The notes: a model not told the origin generated them from the letters alone. DNA of 64,000 nucleotides from Camelus dromedarius (GCF_036321535.1 NC_087455.1:7254001-7318000); one strand, 5' to 3'. Shown: positions 25,801 through 38,680, counted from the stretch's first letter. Program-made: numbers and translations.

Positions 25801-27099
25801 GCCAGGTGTTTCAATGTCACCACCCCACTGTACGGGAAAGGCATCATCCCCATACTGGATGGGAGAAAACTGACGGTCAAGGTCAAGGTCGACCAGGAGG
25901 CGAGGTGATGGGGTGGGATTTGAGCCCCATTGTCTCCAAACCAAAGCCTTTTCACCACCCACCAATTCAACCACCTTCCTTTGACAAAGAAGCGGCACCA
26001 AGGTGGGGGACGTGCTAGAAAGGAGCCAGCGTCGATCTGAACGACTCCCTCTGGTGCACATACACGCTCGGCCTTTCTGACTCAACCAGAAACTCCAGGC
26101 ACAGCTTGGAAACTGAGCAGTGTGTTTTCCGGTCTGCCCTGCAGATGAACGCCCTCGCTCGGGGAGCGGGGTTTCATTACTTTTATGAGTCACACTGTTG
26201 ATCATCTCTAGTATTTTTACCTCAGTACTGAAGCTGGTTTTTTTTAACGTAGTCTCCAAATGCATTGCTATAGAAAAACAAAACCTTTCCAGCCAGTCTG
26301 AGTGGCCGCCACTGAACCCGAGGTACAGGGCGAGGTGCAGAAAGAAGAGAGCTGGGGCCTGACCTTGCTTCCGTCCACTCCAGGCCCCTGGACAACACTC
26401 AAGGAACGTGCCTGCTGTTTCTCGCCATCTCTGACATCGAGTCTTTTCACCCGCGGAACCCTTGTTTACATCACTGGGAGGAAGCGGCCCATGACTGGCC
26501 CCTTCCCCCAGCAGGAGGGTCCTCTAAAGACCCCTAGTCCCCTGCAACACCAGGTGGGCATCCTTCAGTTACGCCCCTCCCTGGACATCACCGGCAGACC
26601 CCTGAGGCCTCCACTCCCTCCTTCGTAAAATGAGACGATCTGGACTATTTGAGTTTGAGAGTCTCACAAGGCTTTGGGGTTATGCCACCCCTCCCGCCAA
26701 CCCGTTCCCATGGTCCCCAGACAATGACAGCCACAGGAAAAAAATCACCTATGAGGAAGCACAGCAGTCCTTCACTGCTCTGCTTGGGTCACTCAGCCCC
26801 ACCCCTGGCCCTGTCACTCTCCACCTTAAAATTCTCCCACGGTGACGCCACCCGAGCAAGCCCCTTGCTATGTCCCCAGGCTTCCCCCACGCCAGTCCCT
26901 GCCTATTTGTCTGGCCCCATCCCCTGCCACGTTCCCCACACACCCCATTCCCCAGCCATACAAACCATGGGCACTGTCCCCATAAAGCCACACCACCTCA
27001 TGACTCTCTGCTTCTGCAATGGTCTCCATTTCTGGAACGTCCTTCATCACTTGAGCACCCTCAACATAGGGGCACACACACATGTCTACACAGGCACTC

Positions 27100-27142
27100 G
27101 CATGCACACAAATACATACACACACACACACACACACACACC
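27100..27142. repeat. (CA)n microsatellite
   Basis: catgcacacaaatacatacacacacacacacacacacacacca. Confidence 0.92.
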
Positions 27143-27159
27143 ACGCCTTGTCTGCTCTT

Positions 27160-27360
27160 GTCCAAGAAGCAATTCCGACTCACCTTTAAGACTTCACGTC
27201 AGCTTCTGCTACCCTTGCAAGCCCTCCCTGACGGTCCTGACTGGGATGCAAAAGGCTTTTCACATGTTTTAGCTGTCTTTTCACCTACCTCTCCTCAACT
27301 AGACTGAGTTCCTTGAAAGCAGAGCTATGACTTTTGCTTCCCTGAGTATGTAACCTGCTG
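27160..27360 (+). mobile_element. L2 3' end
   Basis: cctctcctcaactagactgagttccttgaaagcagagctatg resembles the L2 tail. Confidence 0.6.
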
Positions 27361-27384
27361 TTTACACATAATTATATTTTGAAA

Positions 27385-27520
27385 GTGTGGATGGATGGAT
27401 GCATGGATGGATAGAAGGAAAGATGGATGGATGCAATGCATGCATGCATGGATAGATGCATGAATGGAAAGAAAGAAGGGAGAAGGAAGAAAGGAAAGTA
27501 GAAAAGAAGGAGGAAGGAAC
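27385..27520. repeat. (TGGA)n / (GGAA)n low-complexity tract following the L2 tail
   Basis: tggatggatggatgcatggatggatagaaggaaagatggatggatg...gaaggaagaaaggaaag. Confidence 0.85.
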
Positions 27521-29121
27521 AAGATGTAACATATTACTTCAGTAAAACTCCATAGAGAATTCACTCTATTATAAGAACTTGGAGTGAACGAGTGGAGGTG
27601 AGTGTTGTCCAGAGTGGACATGGAAAATCTAGACAATTTCTCTGGGATTCTCCTTAATGAGCCAAGCTGGTATGAAGGCTGCAAGCAGGTAATTCCAAGG
27701 TGAAGCCATATGGCTGGACTTGAGGCAAGAGGGTGCACATTACTGACCCCATCAGAGCTGCAAACCAAGCCTCCACCGCCGGCAGCGTGCACCCCCCAGA
27801 CCAAAGCTGCCGTGCTGCGTGCGTCGTGGGGGGCCGACCTTCCCACCCATCCCCCTGAGTCACTCCCCCACCAGGGGACCATCCAGATTAGCCCCCCAAG
27901 ATGACACACAGAAACCCTGTCTCATCTCCACAGAACAATGCTCTGCTTGTAGCCCCACAGCTGTGTTCCAGATGTGCTTCTGCAGGAGTAAGCACCAGTG
28001 AGAACAGACGCAAGGCAGCCGAGGGTGCAACTTCACCAAGAGCGCCCTTGCTGAGAAGGGAGCTTTGTGATGCAGCAGATGGAACAGAGAATTCGGACCC
28101 AGCAGAGCTGAGCTGAAGTTTCACGGGGCCGATTAATGACAAAACCACCTGTTGAAGGTTCACCGGATGCGAAGACGAGTTTTGCATCGATTATATTCTG
28201 CTACGCGAGTCACGCCCCCCACCAGGTAGGTATCACTGTCCCTATTTTCCGGATTACAGCTGGTGAAGGCAGGAATGTCCCAAGAACCCACATTCAGGAG
28301 GTGCTGGAGCCAGTACTCGCACCCAGGTCCACATGACGTGTTTCTTAACACTCTTAACTGTGTGCTTCTGGCTGCTTCGTCTACACCACGGATTAAAAAC
28401 ACCTCGGTGTCTGGACCAGAGCTGTGCAGAAACTCAATAATGGATGGATAGTAGCTTGCATATTGGAGAAAACCCAGGGCTTTCGGTGCTGCTTTTGTGA
28501 GATCCTTTCTGGACCTTTCTAACCGTTTGGGGTGAGGGGGTGGAGCTGAATGGTGTGATGGGCAGTTCTTTGAGAAATAGTAAAAAGCTGCAGCAGCCGG
28601 AGAACAGAATGCAGGTGTGGGCAAAGCTAGGACTGGCAGACCAGAGCCCCCAGGCTCACCCCGGGCTCCCCCCCTCTCTGAAGCCCTGTCTCCCTGAGGC
28701 CCGGCTCTGATTCCCGGCACCCCCACTGGTTGGCACCCTTCAGACAAGTCTATCTGTGCTCCAGCCCAGAGCCCCCTCCCACCTCCCAGGCGAGCTGGAC
28801 TGCCGTCCCAGTAGACAGGAAACAGTCATCCAGTAATCAGCCGAGTTCCCTGGAAGGAACGTAGGACCTAGTCCACCTCCTTTATTTTATATGCAGGAAA
28901 CAGGGCCCTGAGAGGGAAGAGGGCTTGTTTAAAGGCACAGAGCCAGCCCAGGCTCTCTGACTGGTACCTCTCCCATGTCCTGCCACTGATGCTGCTCTTG
29001 GCTCAGTGCTCCAGACGGGGAACCTGGTGTCAGGGAGCCTCTGCATGGGGCTCCAGATCCCCTCATCAACACTTCCTGGGGCGACTATAAAAGCAGGCTC
29101 CTGGCCTCCACTGCTCCCAAT

Positions 29122-29183
29122 ACACACACACGTGTGCACGCACCCACACACGCACGCACGCATGCACACACACATGCACATGC
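29122..29183. repeat. Imperfect (CA)/(CACG) microsatellite
   Basis: tacacacacacgtgtgcacgcacccacacacgcacgcacgcatgcacacacacatgcaca. Confidence 0.88.
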
Positions 29184-29831
29184 AGTGTCACATCCTACTC
29201 TCTCTGAGCCTTTGGCCCTGCAGCCTGGGGTCTTCACAGCAAGTCTGAGGACACAGCAGCAGAGGTTCCAAACACCTCCATGGCTGTGACCCTGTTCCAC
29301 CCACCCCGGCACCATCTGCACCTGCTCCTGCTTCGTGCTCTCTTTGTTTGGGCAGCTCTGGGGAGGTGGAAGGAACGTGAGCTCCGGTCCCAGAGGACCC
29401 ATGGTGACTCATCCACAGACAACTGGTTTCATGAACCAGAGTCCCTCCTCTGAGTCAGCCCTGCTCTGGCCACTACGATGCGTGACCTCATATCATCTGA
29501 GCCTCAACCTCTCCACCTGTCAAACTGCCACCGAGGGCTGTTGTGGGAGCAAAGTATTCACGAAGGTGCGTCGTAAACTGCAGAATCCTCTCTAAATGTT
29601 AGTGAGAAGCAGCTGTGTCTCTGATTTCTATGTTAAGATCCAGCTGCATCTGAAATCCAGTGTGGGGTTTAGAACTTGGCGTGGATTTCATGAAAGGAAA
29701 GGCCTTGTAGTTTTTGTGTTGCAACCAATATAAATAGTGGAAAAATAAATAACTAGGAGATGTCTTCTCTCTCTTCAGCTCAATAACAGTGCCTCTGTCT
29801 CCTGCCACGTGGGAGGAAGACTCCGCATCAG

Positions 29832-30332
29832 GAGTACAGAGGACAAAGGCCCTCAAAGATGTCCGCGTCCTAGTCCCTGGGACCTGTAAATACGTGAGGT
29901 CACGTGGCAAAGGGATGCTAAGGTTGCAGATGGAATTAAGGTCGCTAATCAACTGACCTTAAAATAGGGAGAGTGGCCTGGATTGTCCAGCTGTGTGTCA
30001 TCACAAGGGTCCTCAGGAGGGAAAGACAGCGTCCGAGGGCGCTGTGACTGCAGAAGGCTGGCCAGGGAGCTACAGTGTTGCCAGCTTTGAAGATGAAGGA
30101 AGGAAGCCACAAGCCAAGAAATGTGGGCAAGATCCAGAAGCCGGAAAAATCAAGGAAACTGGTCCCCTCCCAGGGCCTCTGCTAGGAATGCAGCCCTGCG
30201 GACCCCTTGATCTGAGTCCAGTGAGACCCATATGAGAATCCAAGCCCAGAGAACTGCAAAATAACAAATCTGAATTGTTTTGAACCACCAAGTTTGTGGC
30301 GATTTGTTAGGGCGGCAACAGGAAGCTCATCC
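29832..30332 (+). mobile_element. MLT1D-type MaLR solo LTR
   Basis: ccctcaaagatgtcc...tggcaaaggga...ttgcagatggaattaaggt...gctttgaagatgaagga...gaactgcaaaataacaaat...gcaacaggaagctcatcca. Confidence 0.88.
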
Positions 30333-30836
30333 AGCTTCCATTCAAGGAACGGCAGCTGGCGTCTAGTGAAAATGGCTCCAAGGCTGCTCGCGTGTAAAGC
30401 CAAGAACCAACCCGTAAACCTCCAGCAGGAATCACTTCCCCTGAGCCGTGGTGCCCTGGGCTGATCGATGGTCATCTGGGGATGGCTGTGAGCAATGTGT
30501 CACTGTCACCAGGCTGAGAAACGTCCCAGAGCACACGGGGGGATGTCAGGCTCCTCCACAAAAACTTCTGCCCGAGCCACGGGGTCCAAGCCAGTCAAGG
30601 ACCAACAGAAGGACAGCTCTAAACCTTCCTTCTGTCCTGTTGCCTCTGCTGACAGCTACTACTTAATGCATAACTATATGCCCACACATAAAGGACAATT
30701 GAAAAACTTTGTTGAACAAATAAATGAATGATTGGCCACTCTGCACATCAAAAGAACCTCTCTCAGAGCTCTGGTGGCCTTTCCCGCCACCTCAAGTGGC
30801 TCAGTAGCAGCAGTCTAGGGAGAGAGGAGGACCTAC

Positions 30837-31061
30837 CGCACCCCAGTGGGTCCTGACTGGCGTTGCTGGTGGCCGAGACTTGGCGGAATCCTTCCAAGCA
30901 CCCAAATCGTGTCCTGGGAGAGGTGCCGAAGCGGTCCCCTTGGAGGAAGCGGATGGAGGTGTCTGCTTGGAATGTCTTGGAGTCCACCTGAAGCTGGAAC
31001 GTTCCACTTTGGACCAGATCTGCAAAGCGCCCAATGAGATCCTCGCCCACTAAGGCCTCCT
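30837..31061 (-). CDS. TG: TG exon 20 (225 nt) EEALVGEDLIGRFADLVQSGTFQL...SNASQDPLGC
   Basis: gtcttgcag|AGGAGGCC...GGGTGCG|gtaggt. Confidence 0.97.
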
Positions 31062-31164
31062 CTGCAAGACACAGGATGAGGCAGGAGTGTTACCTCACTG
31101 GGGCAAGGATCGGGGAGGACCCAGGGGCAGAGCCGCCCAGAGCATCCCCAGAGAAAGGAGACAC

Positions 31165-31290
31165 AGGCTTTACCCAGTGTTTCATTTTGCAGAGGGAGAA
31201 TCTGAGGCCCAGAGAAGGGGGTTGATTGACATAAAGTCACACAGGAGACAGAAGCATGACCAGGACTCCAACCCAGGTCTCTGGCTCCTG
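31165..31290 (-). mobile_element. MIR fragment
   Basis: cattttgcagagggagaatctgaggcccagagaagg...aaagtcacacagg...ccaacccaggtct. Confidence 0.7.
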
Positions 31291-32492
31291 TCATTTCTGT
31301 GGCGGCAGTGTGATCCCTATTAGCATAGATGTCATGACTTTAGACACTCACCTAAGGTGCACTCTCCAGATACACGACGGTCTCAACCTTTGCCAAGCCA
31401 CCCTCTCTGAACCTCAGTTTCCCCATCTGAAATATGGGGCTGGGAATGCTCCTTATGCAGTTGGTGGGGATTACAAGAGAGAATGTGATGGGGGCGGTCA
31501 ATGGGAAGGCAGAGCCTTCATCCTCGGCATTCAGCCAAATGCTGGGAACCTAGCTGTCCAACTACGAGCATTTCCCAGGAGGAAGGCAGATGAGTGAGCA
31601 CGGCCGGAGCTGGCATGGACCCCAGCACACGAGGGGCACTCACACCGCAGCGGGCTGCTGCAAAGCCAGCCCGAAGCCGTGCACGCCAGGCATACACATC
31701 GCATCATTCTGTAGCTTCAAACATACCCACAGCCTGCAGGCACTTTACAGAGGAAAAGAGAAGGGGGCCCCTAACTCATCATGCTATGGTGGGGGGTTAC
31801 TCACTGTCACAAGGACTGTAGAATGGCGGAGATGCAGTCTGCCTCCTGGGTAATTAAAACTCAGGCGTTTTCCAGAAGTTCCCCCTCATAGAACAGAGGT
31901 CAAGCTCCCACCAGCCCTGACCCTGGGCGTTTGGCCCCTGGATGGTGGGAGAGAAAGTGCAGCTGCTCCCGCCCTCTGGTCAGAAATCCCTGATCATGCG
32001 CCAGCCTGGCTCAGAGCAACAAACGAGCACAGCGTCCAGTCTGCTGCCCCTTCTTAGACCTTCCCGCTCTCTCCGCTCATCCATCTCCTCACCGGCTTGT
32101 TTTAAACAGCGTAATAACGAGTGTAAATAGTGTAGGTGGTCTGGGAAGTCTCTCACAGGAGGGAGACAGGACATAATTAAAAACCAACAGAGACCCCCTC
32201 TCCCCACCCCGCTCTCGCCGCCTTCACACCGTCTCCCTCCTCTGTGCCCAGAAAACCAAGGGAAGAAGCCGAAAATGTTCACAAACGCACAGTCAGGCGA
32301 CACGATTCAGCACTCTGCTGCTTGTTACGTGCTTTGGAGCCACCAGCTCCTCCCATGGGCCAGGTAGATGCTGCCCTCGCTGGGGTCCCAGAGGAAGGGG
32401 ATTCGGGCTTAGTGGCTCCATCCGATGGATGGGGACAGAGACTCAGCGAGTCTGCGCCGCTTCTTCAAGCCCAGTAGCGCGGGAAAACATAC

Positions 32493-32649
32493 CAACGTCA
32501 CGCAGATCTGGGAGAGAGGCGGCCGGGACGTCCTCAAGCCGCAACGTCCATGTGATGTTGGCTCCTAAACGCTCCCGGCTCAGACACTCCACCTGCACCG
32601 TGGAGTCGCCGCAGACGGGGACAGACACGGGGGTCCCGGATGTCTTCAC
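32493..32649 (-). CDS. TG: TG exon 19 (157 nt) VKTSGTPVSVPVCGDSTVQVECLSRERLGANITW...PDLRDV
   Basis: tgtgcag|GTGAAGAC...GACGTTG|gtatgt. Confidence 0.97.
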
Positions 32650-33739
32650 CTGCACAGAGACGTTACCTTCAGTTCAAGAACATGGAGCGGGGAGCCGGAG
32701 CTGCTGAGCCCACACCAGGCACCAAAAGTGGCTTCTATTGCGGTTGGAGGAGGAGGTCACAGAGCGGACGAGACCGCCCGTTGACCCGGGCACTGGCCTC
32801 GGGCAGTCAGAGGCTCCACGCTCCTCCCCCGACTTTGGAAGGTCTGCTCTGACCCCGCCCACCCCTTACCCAGGGTGGGGGCGGTTGTCAAGGATGCAGC
32901 CTTCAGAGAGCTGGAAAACAGTGTCCCAGGTTCAGAGAGGCTGAACTACCTGCCCTGGTCACAAAGCTGGCAGAGGGGTGCCAGCGGAGTAAGAGCCAAG
33001 CTCTGTGCTTTGAAAGCTCAAACACTCCGAATTCATGGGGCCGTGTTTCATTCTGCCAACTCTGCCCATGTTCTCAGAACACCCACCTCCGCAGGACACA
33101 CCCCACCCTCCTGGGAAGCACCCACTGGTTCCTCCGTTTTGACCACCCGGCCTGGCTTCTCCTCCCAATTCGAGCACAAACCACCTGTGCCCCCTGAAAG
33201 TCTGTGACTCGAGGCCCCCGCAGGGCAGGTTGAGTGGAGGGACCGTGGTGGGGCCTGGTTAGCCTGAGGCCAGTGCCGACAGGAACCGAGGTTCAACACA
33301 AGCCTCACCGTGCCCCTTTCAAAGGCAACATCCCAAGAGCTTCTGTAGCAAGCCCCAGCGGGTTTTAGGTTATCAGAAGCCTGGGCATCCAGGGGTGATG
33401 AGAGCTCTGGAATTGTGACAGGAAATGTTCTTGGAAGGAAAAGTCAAGGCATTTGTCCAACCCACGATCCAGAGTCCATCTGGGCCCGGCCCTCAGCCTG
33501 CAGCACAAGAGACCTTGACCACCTCTGGACAACGCCCTTTCAAGGCAGGCAGTGGTCAGCACCCGCACCCTGGGCTTCAGGAGGCCACTCAACGTGACAG
33601 GTCATGCCACAGACTGGCACCAAGCACCTGCTGTATGCCTCGCACCCCTCTCCACCCAGGATGCAGGTGAGTCAGGGGATGTGGGTGTTCAGGTCATTGT
33701 CACTGGATAAGAGCTGCTGGGTACCAGACACTGAGCATT

Positions 33740-33930
33740 CTCAGAAGGCACCATGCACAATTTTTGAACACCCTCTGTTATTCAGGCCCTGTGTGAAGTG
33801 CTTCAAACGTATTAGCTAGTTTTGTCTCCAAAACAGACCTGTGGAGTCAGAGTGATCATTATCCCACGGCACAGATTGAATTAGCTTTAGAGAGTCTGAG
33901 GACCTGCCGAGGATCAGTATATTACCGATT
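33740..33930 (-). mobile_element. MIR
   Basis: caggccctgtgtgaagtgcttcaaacgtattagct...attatcccacggcacagat. Confidence 0.6.
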
Positions 33931-34084
33931 AAAATCTGTCCTGACCTCCTGAACTAGTGTCCCACTCTGTTTATCTCTGACAGTCCTCAGTGCTGAAAAC
34001 CATACATACCTGGCCTGTCCTCAAACACTTGTTAAATGCAAGAATGAAGGAAGGAAAGAATGAATGAAAGCATGAACAAATTTG

Positions 34085-34270
34085 GTGTCATAGAAGAGTC
34101 TAGACTTACTCAGTGGCATAAAAATCTTGGGCCACTTACTTACCATCCATGGGCTTTAGTTAATTTGCTTACAAACTGAGGGCTAATGACACCCACTGAA
34201 CACGGGGCTGTAAGAATCAGAGGTAAGGACTGTAGAATTTCCAGCACAGCACAGCACCAGAAATATAACT
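34085..34270 (+). mobile_element. MIR
   Basis: atcttgggccacttact...aaactgagggctaatgacaccc...gtaagaatcagag. Confidence 0.6.
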
Positions 34271-35094
34271 AGTGTTCGATAATTGACAGAAAGGCAGATA
34301 CCTGATCTGTTACTAAAACTGTCACCATCGAGTACATTTCTTTAGATAACAGGGGGCAAGATATGTTTCTCTTTTTTAAAAAAAAAAAATCAATATTCTT
34401 TGTATCTGGTTTTGTGAAACTGTGTGTTCCCCAAAATTCTTGATGTGAGCTGCTAAAAATTAGTTTCTCTGATACATCAGCAAACTTTGAGCAGAACAAG
34501 CAGTTATTTAAGTGACTTTTAAATATTCCCTCTTTGAGTATTTGGGACTTCAGATCACCAAAGCCCTTGCCTATTGCACAGCTAAATACCCTCGCGGAAC
34601 TACATCTCTCCAGCTGGCCTGGAACGTTTCCTTCCAGGGCAGGTCTGCAACGCCTCCTCACAGGTCAAGGAACGTCCCCAGCACAGCGAGTCAGCGAGAG
34701 CATCCTGGCGTCACATCAGCCAGCCTGGCTCTACCCCTTCCCAGTTGTGTGACTCTGGACAATTATGTGGCGTCTCCAGTAACAAAACAGTAATAATAAT
34801 AGGGTCCGCGAGAGGACTGCACCAGCTAATCTATGCCAACGGACACACAGTCTAAGTGCTCAGTGCACATCTGGTTTGATATCTTTGTGCAGAAAGAATG
34901 CCCAATGATGAGATGGACACCGACTTCACCTTGGCCTCTGTGTAATTAGCCTTGTCTGAAATACCTTCTCAGTTTGCCCATCGGGAAAATAACCGAGGGT
35001 TGAACTATTGATTCATTTCAGCTCTGGGCTTCTCTGACCCAGTGACCCTGAGTTCCGCCCAAGCCCCCGCTGGTGGGGAAGGGCAGGCACACAC

Positions 35095-35249
35095 CTGCAT
35101 CTGACAGAAGCCGCTGGCTGTGAGCTCGTCCAATATGAAGATCTCGAAAGTCGGCAGCAAGCCCGCGTAGTCGGCGCTGCACACCTTGCCCGGCGGGAGC
35201 TGGAGCTGGAGCTGCCCTTGCACCTGAACGGTCTGCCACAGCTGGGGCC
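35095..35249 (-). CDS. TG: TG exon 18 (155 nt) RPQLWQTVQVQG...CSADYAGLL...GFCQMQ; contains hormonogenic acceptor Tyr (human Y1310)
   Basis: tctgcag|GGCCCCAG...ATGCAG|gtgtgt; SADY motif retained. Confidence 0.98.
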
Positions 35250-36539
35250 CTGCAGACGGAGGCGAAAGGGGCTGTGGGATTTTTTTCTTTTCTTTCCTTG
35301 GTTTTTCCTCTGCAACAATAACCCCTTCTTCATTTAGCTTGGAGCACACAAGTGCTGCCACCTTGTTTGTCATCCTCTGCGTCTAAATACGTCCCAGTAT
35401 GACAGCTTGTCTCTGAAATTACTCTGCACCCTCACAGCGACCTCAGTCCTGCGTCAGCCTCTAAACCAGCCTGCTTTACATTTCCGTGGGGTCCTGGACT
35501 TGCTTCTTGGAAAATCTCCCGTACTATCGTGTTCACACAGGGCCACTACACATCATGGTTTTGCCAGTTAAGAGTAGACACCATAGCCTGTGTGAAGGGC
35601 TTACTCTCAGGCTGTTCAGTGCACAGCCTGCACAGTCATCCACAGCAGCCGTGTACTCCACTTTAGGAGCTCAGGACCTGTGCCTCTTTTCTCTCAAGTC
35701 CCTTGCTCTAGATCCAATCATGACCTGCCTGGTCTTGATTTCAGCTCAAGTCACTCTTGTCATCATCAGGCAGGTAGGACCCTTATTTGTCCAAACCACA
35801 TTTTGAACTTTCTCTGGATAGCACTCTCTATGTCAGAATGTTTTGTGACAAATATTCTCCTTTCCCCCACAACCAACCTCCCAGAGCCTTGTGACGGTCA
35901 GTCCTAGGGTCCGGGTCTCTCTCCTGAATGCCCCTCCCATTGCCCTGGGTGGACCTAGCCCTGGTCCTAGCGTCCGCCCCTGCCCTGCCCCTGTGAGCAA
36001 GCAAGGCCAGCCTTGACCAAGGCAGGTGCAGTCAGAGCCTGGTGTGGCCTCACAGCCGTGTGTGTGGAAGTGGGTTCAGTGTGAGAGGAGGAGAAAGGAA
36101 TTCTGCCCATCTTCCAACAGGGCACAGCCCGCAGCGATCAGAACAGATGCCACACCCTGGAGCAGCATCCGAGCCGAACTCTGCCAGGCGTTGGCCCTGG
36201 AGCTCCGGGTGGACCTAGGGGAGAGGCCGGTGCGGTGGTGTCACTCTCAGAGGCCGGACCAGCTGCTCTGAGCTTGATGACACCATAACGACCAGTGCGG
36301 CCACTGGAGCACCTTCTCCTTGAATTCAGTTCTGTGTGCGAGACATCCCAGGAGAGCCCAAAATGAAGGCAGCCTCATAGGGGGCAGATCTCTCCAGAGA
36401 AGCTGCCACTAAAGCCTCACCCTGGGGTCTGGGAAGCCCGTCTGCTCCCTCTAGAAGGGAGTGCCGTGTCGGACCCTCTCTCTGCTCTTGTGGCCACCTG
36501 GCTTCTCACAGACACTGCACTCCGGTGGGGGGAAGATGA

Positions 36540-36920
36540 AGGCCCCGGCCCTGAGCCCTGGGAGGGAGCAGGGCGCCGGGCAGACCTTCCCGAGGCCACT
36601 CACGCTGGCAGGCCCAGGGCTGAGGCGGCGGTGACTCCCAGCGTCTGGTCTCCAGGCTGCACACCAGCGGCTCTGGCGGGAAGGCGCTCCGGTGGCCCCG
36701 GCGACACAGCAGCCGGCACTGCTGCTCGCTGGCCCCACCGAGGCCCGGGGCTGGCTCGCACAGGACGGCCCCGCCAGCCACAGCCGTCGCGCTGAAGGGC
36801 AGCGGGCACCGTGGGCCTAGGAGAGGGAAGGGCAGCTGGGGGCGTCTGCCCAGCCCAGGGGCCAGCCCCGCACCGCGCACCCCGTCTCGCCTGGCCTGGG
36901 CCTGGCCCCCTCCCTCTCCG
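36540..36920. other. Small intragenic CpG-rich island over exon 17
   Basis: About 33 CpG in 380 bp by manual count; visually about 70% GC. Confidence 0.7.
36604..36816 (-). CDS. TG: TG exon 17 (213 nt) SPRCPLPFSATAVAGG...PQPWACQ
   Basis: ctcctag|GCCCACGG...TGCCAGC|gtgagt. Confidence 0.97.
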
Positions 36921-37369
36921 CCCTCCTCTCTCAGTGTCAGCGGACACCTGAGCAGGATGTCTGGCGTGCCTTCACCTCCACCTCAGGCCCTCCCCAGTTT
37001 CTTCCCGTCTCTAAATCCAAGCCCCAACTGGTCTCCACCTCCAAGCCAGCAGGCCCCGGATTCAGCATCAGCTGCCACACCTGCTCCTGCTTCAGCTCCT
37101 TGAGCCCAAGGCCTGGCACCTCCAGTCACCCAGGTGTCCTGGGCCAGAAACACAGTGGCCAACCTGGCTGGCCCCGCCCCCTCAGCCCTCACACCTCCTC
37201 GACTGCTCTTCATTCCCACTGCACTCCATTCAGACGTCCGTCATCCTCCTGAGCTGCTAGCAGAGCTTCCTCATTAGCCCCCTGCACTGGGGCCTCATCC
37301 CCTGCCCTTCTGCTCCCACATCCAATCCAGACCCACTGCCGGCAAAGACACTGTGTGGCGGACTGGACA

Positions 37370-37790
37370 CCGGCTCTCGAGGCCCCAGCGTGCCTGCTGA
37401 CCCAACTTCCTCTCCCTGCTCTCACCTCCTCCAGCCCCGCTTTGCCCTGAACATTCATTCCCCGAACACACGCTGGCCGCACAGCCCATGCCCTTCCCTC
37501 TGCCTGCTCATCTGCCTCAAAGATTTTTTTTATCGTCCCCAGGTATCAGCTCAACCCCTATTATTTTCTAACGCCTTCCGTGGCTCCCCCAGGCTGCCTT
37601 AGGACTCCTTCCTGCAAGCTCTCCATTCACCTGGCGTAGACCCTGCATTCTGGGCTCCCCACTGGGCTGAGCCCCGAGACTGGGGGAAAGAGGATGTCTT
37701 TCCTCTGTTCACTCAGTCCGCGGCCCAGTGCTGACCCAGAACACAAGCTCCATGAGTATGTGTTAAATAAGCAGGTGGATGAGTGAAGTA
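37370..37790 (+). mobile_element. L2 3' region
   Basis: Pyrimidine-rich body, then gtctttcctctgttcact...cccagaacacaagctccatgagtatgtgttaaataagc...gatgagtgaa tail. Confidence 0.6.
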
Positions 37791-38089
37791 AAGAACAGAC
37801 ACACTCGGTGTGACAATTTCACACCTGGCTAGAGATTTAGTTAATTATCTGACTCTCGGGCACATCCTTGCAGCCTGTATATGTCTGGCTTTAAAATCTG
37901 CAACCTGCATGTGATCCAAGGGTATTTGGGGGCCTCAAAGATAGAGAATGACCCCTTTTAATCTCCAGGGTGCAACCTGGGCTTCTTTCTAATAAGGACG
38001 ATGGCCTCTGGCAAAGCTTGCAGATGAGATTTGCAGTGGTCTTACTGAAATGACCTTGACCAAGAGCTATGTCTGTGCGGGGGAGTGGA

Positions 38090-38340
38090 GAGAGTCAGCC
38101 TGTGGGCTGTGGGGCCAGCCTGCTGGGCTCTGAATCCCGGCTCAATCATTTACCAGTTGAGCCCCTAGAGCAAGTGATTTAACGTCTCTGTGCTTCAATT
38201 TCCTCACTCATAATGGTGAGGATGGCAGTAGGGCCTGCCTCCTAGGGACGCTGTGAATCAGAAGGAATTAAGGCATGTAAAGAAGAGCTCAGAGGAGTGA
38301 CTGACCCTAAACGGTCATTAATGTCAGTCATCATCACCGT
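38090..38340 (+). mobile_element. MIR, near full length
   Basis: gggctctgaatcccggctc...agcaagtgatttaacgtctctgtgcttcaatttcctcact. Confidence 0.8.
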
Positions 38341-38524
38341 TATTATTATTAACAACAACAACAAGAGTAATGCATTATTTCCTGGTTGGAAATTTTAGGG
38401 TGTGAACTAACCCTTTCCAAACAACAGAAGAGCACTCGATGCACTGTTAGGGTAAACTTCCGGGAGAAATAACAGCTGACGTTTACCGTGTATTTTAAAG
38501 TATGTGAAACTCTATCATGGTTAA

Positions 38525-38680
38525 TATGTAACTGAACCTCACTCAAAACAACCCTGTGAAGGAGGCAGCCCTGATTTTATCATCCCTTTTTATAGACAAA
38601 GAAACTGAGGTTTGAGGACTTGGGGGGGCAGAGCCAGGACGTGAGTGCAGGTTCTTTGACTCTAACCACGACCCCAGCAG
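38525..38680 (-). mobile_element. MIR
   Basis: aacaaccctgtgaagg...catccctttttatagacaaagaaactgagg. Confidence 0.75.

Noticed and set aside
25513-26265. 250-aa minus-strand ORF
   Set aside because: It runs through a MIR, has no recognisable domain, and lies within TG intron 20.
30837-31061. Exon length differences in exons 10 (+3), 20 (+6) and 27 (-3) versus human
   Set aside because: As I recall, bovine TG shows the same states, so they are probably not specific to this lineage.
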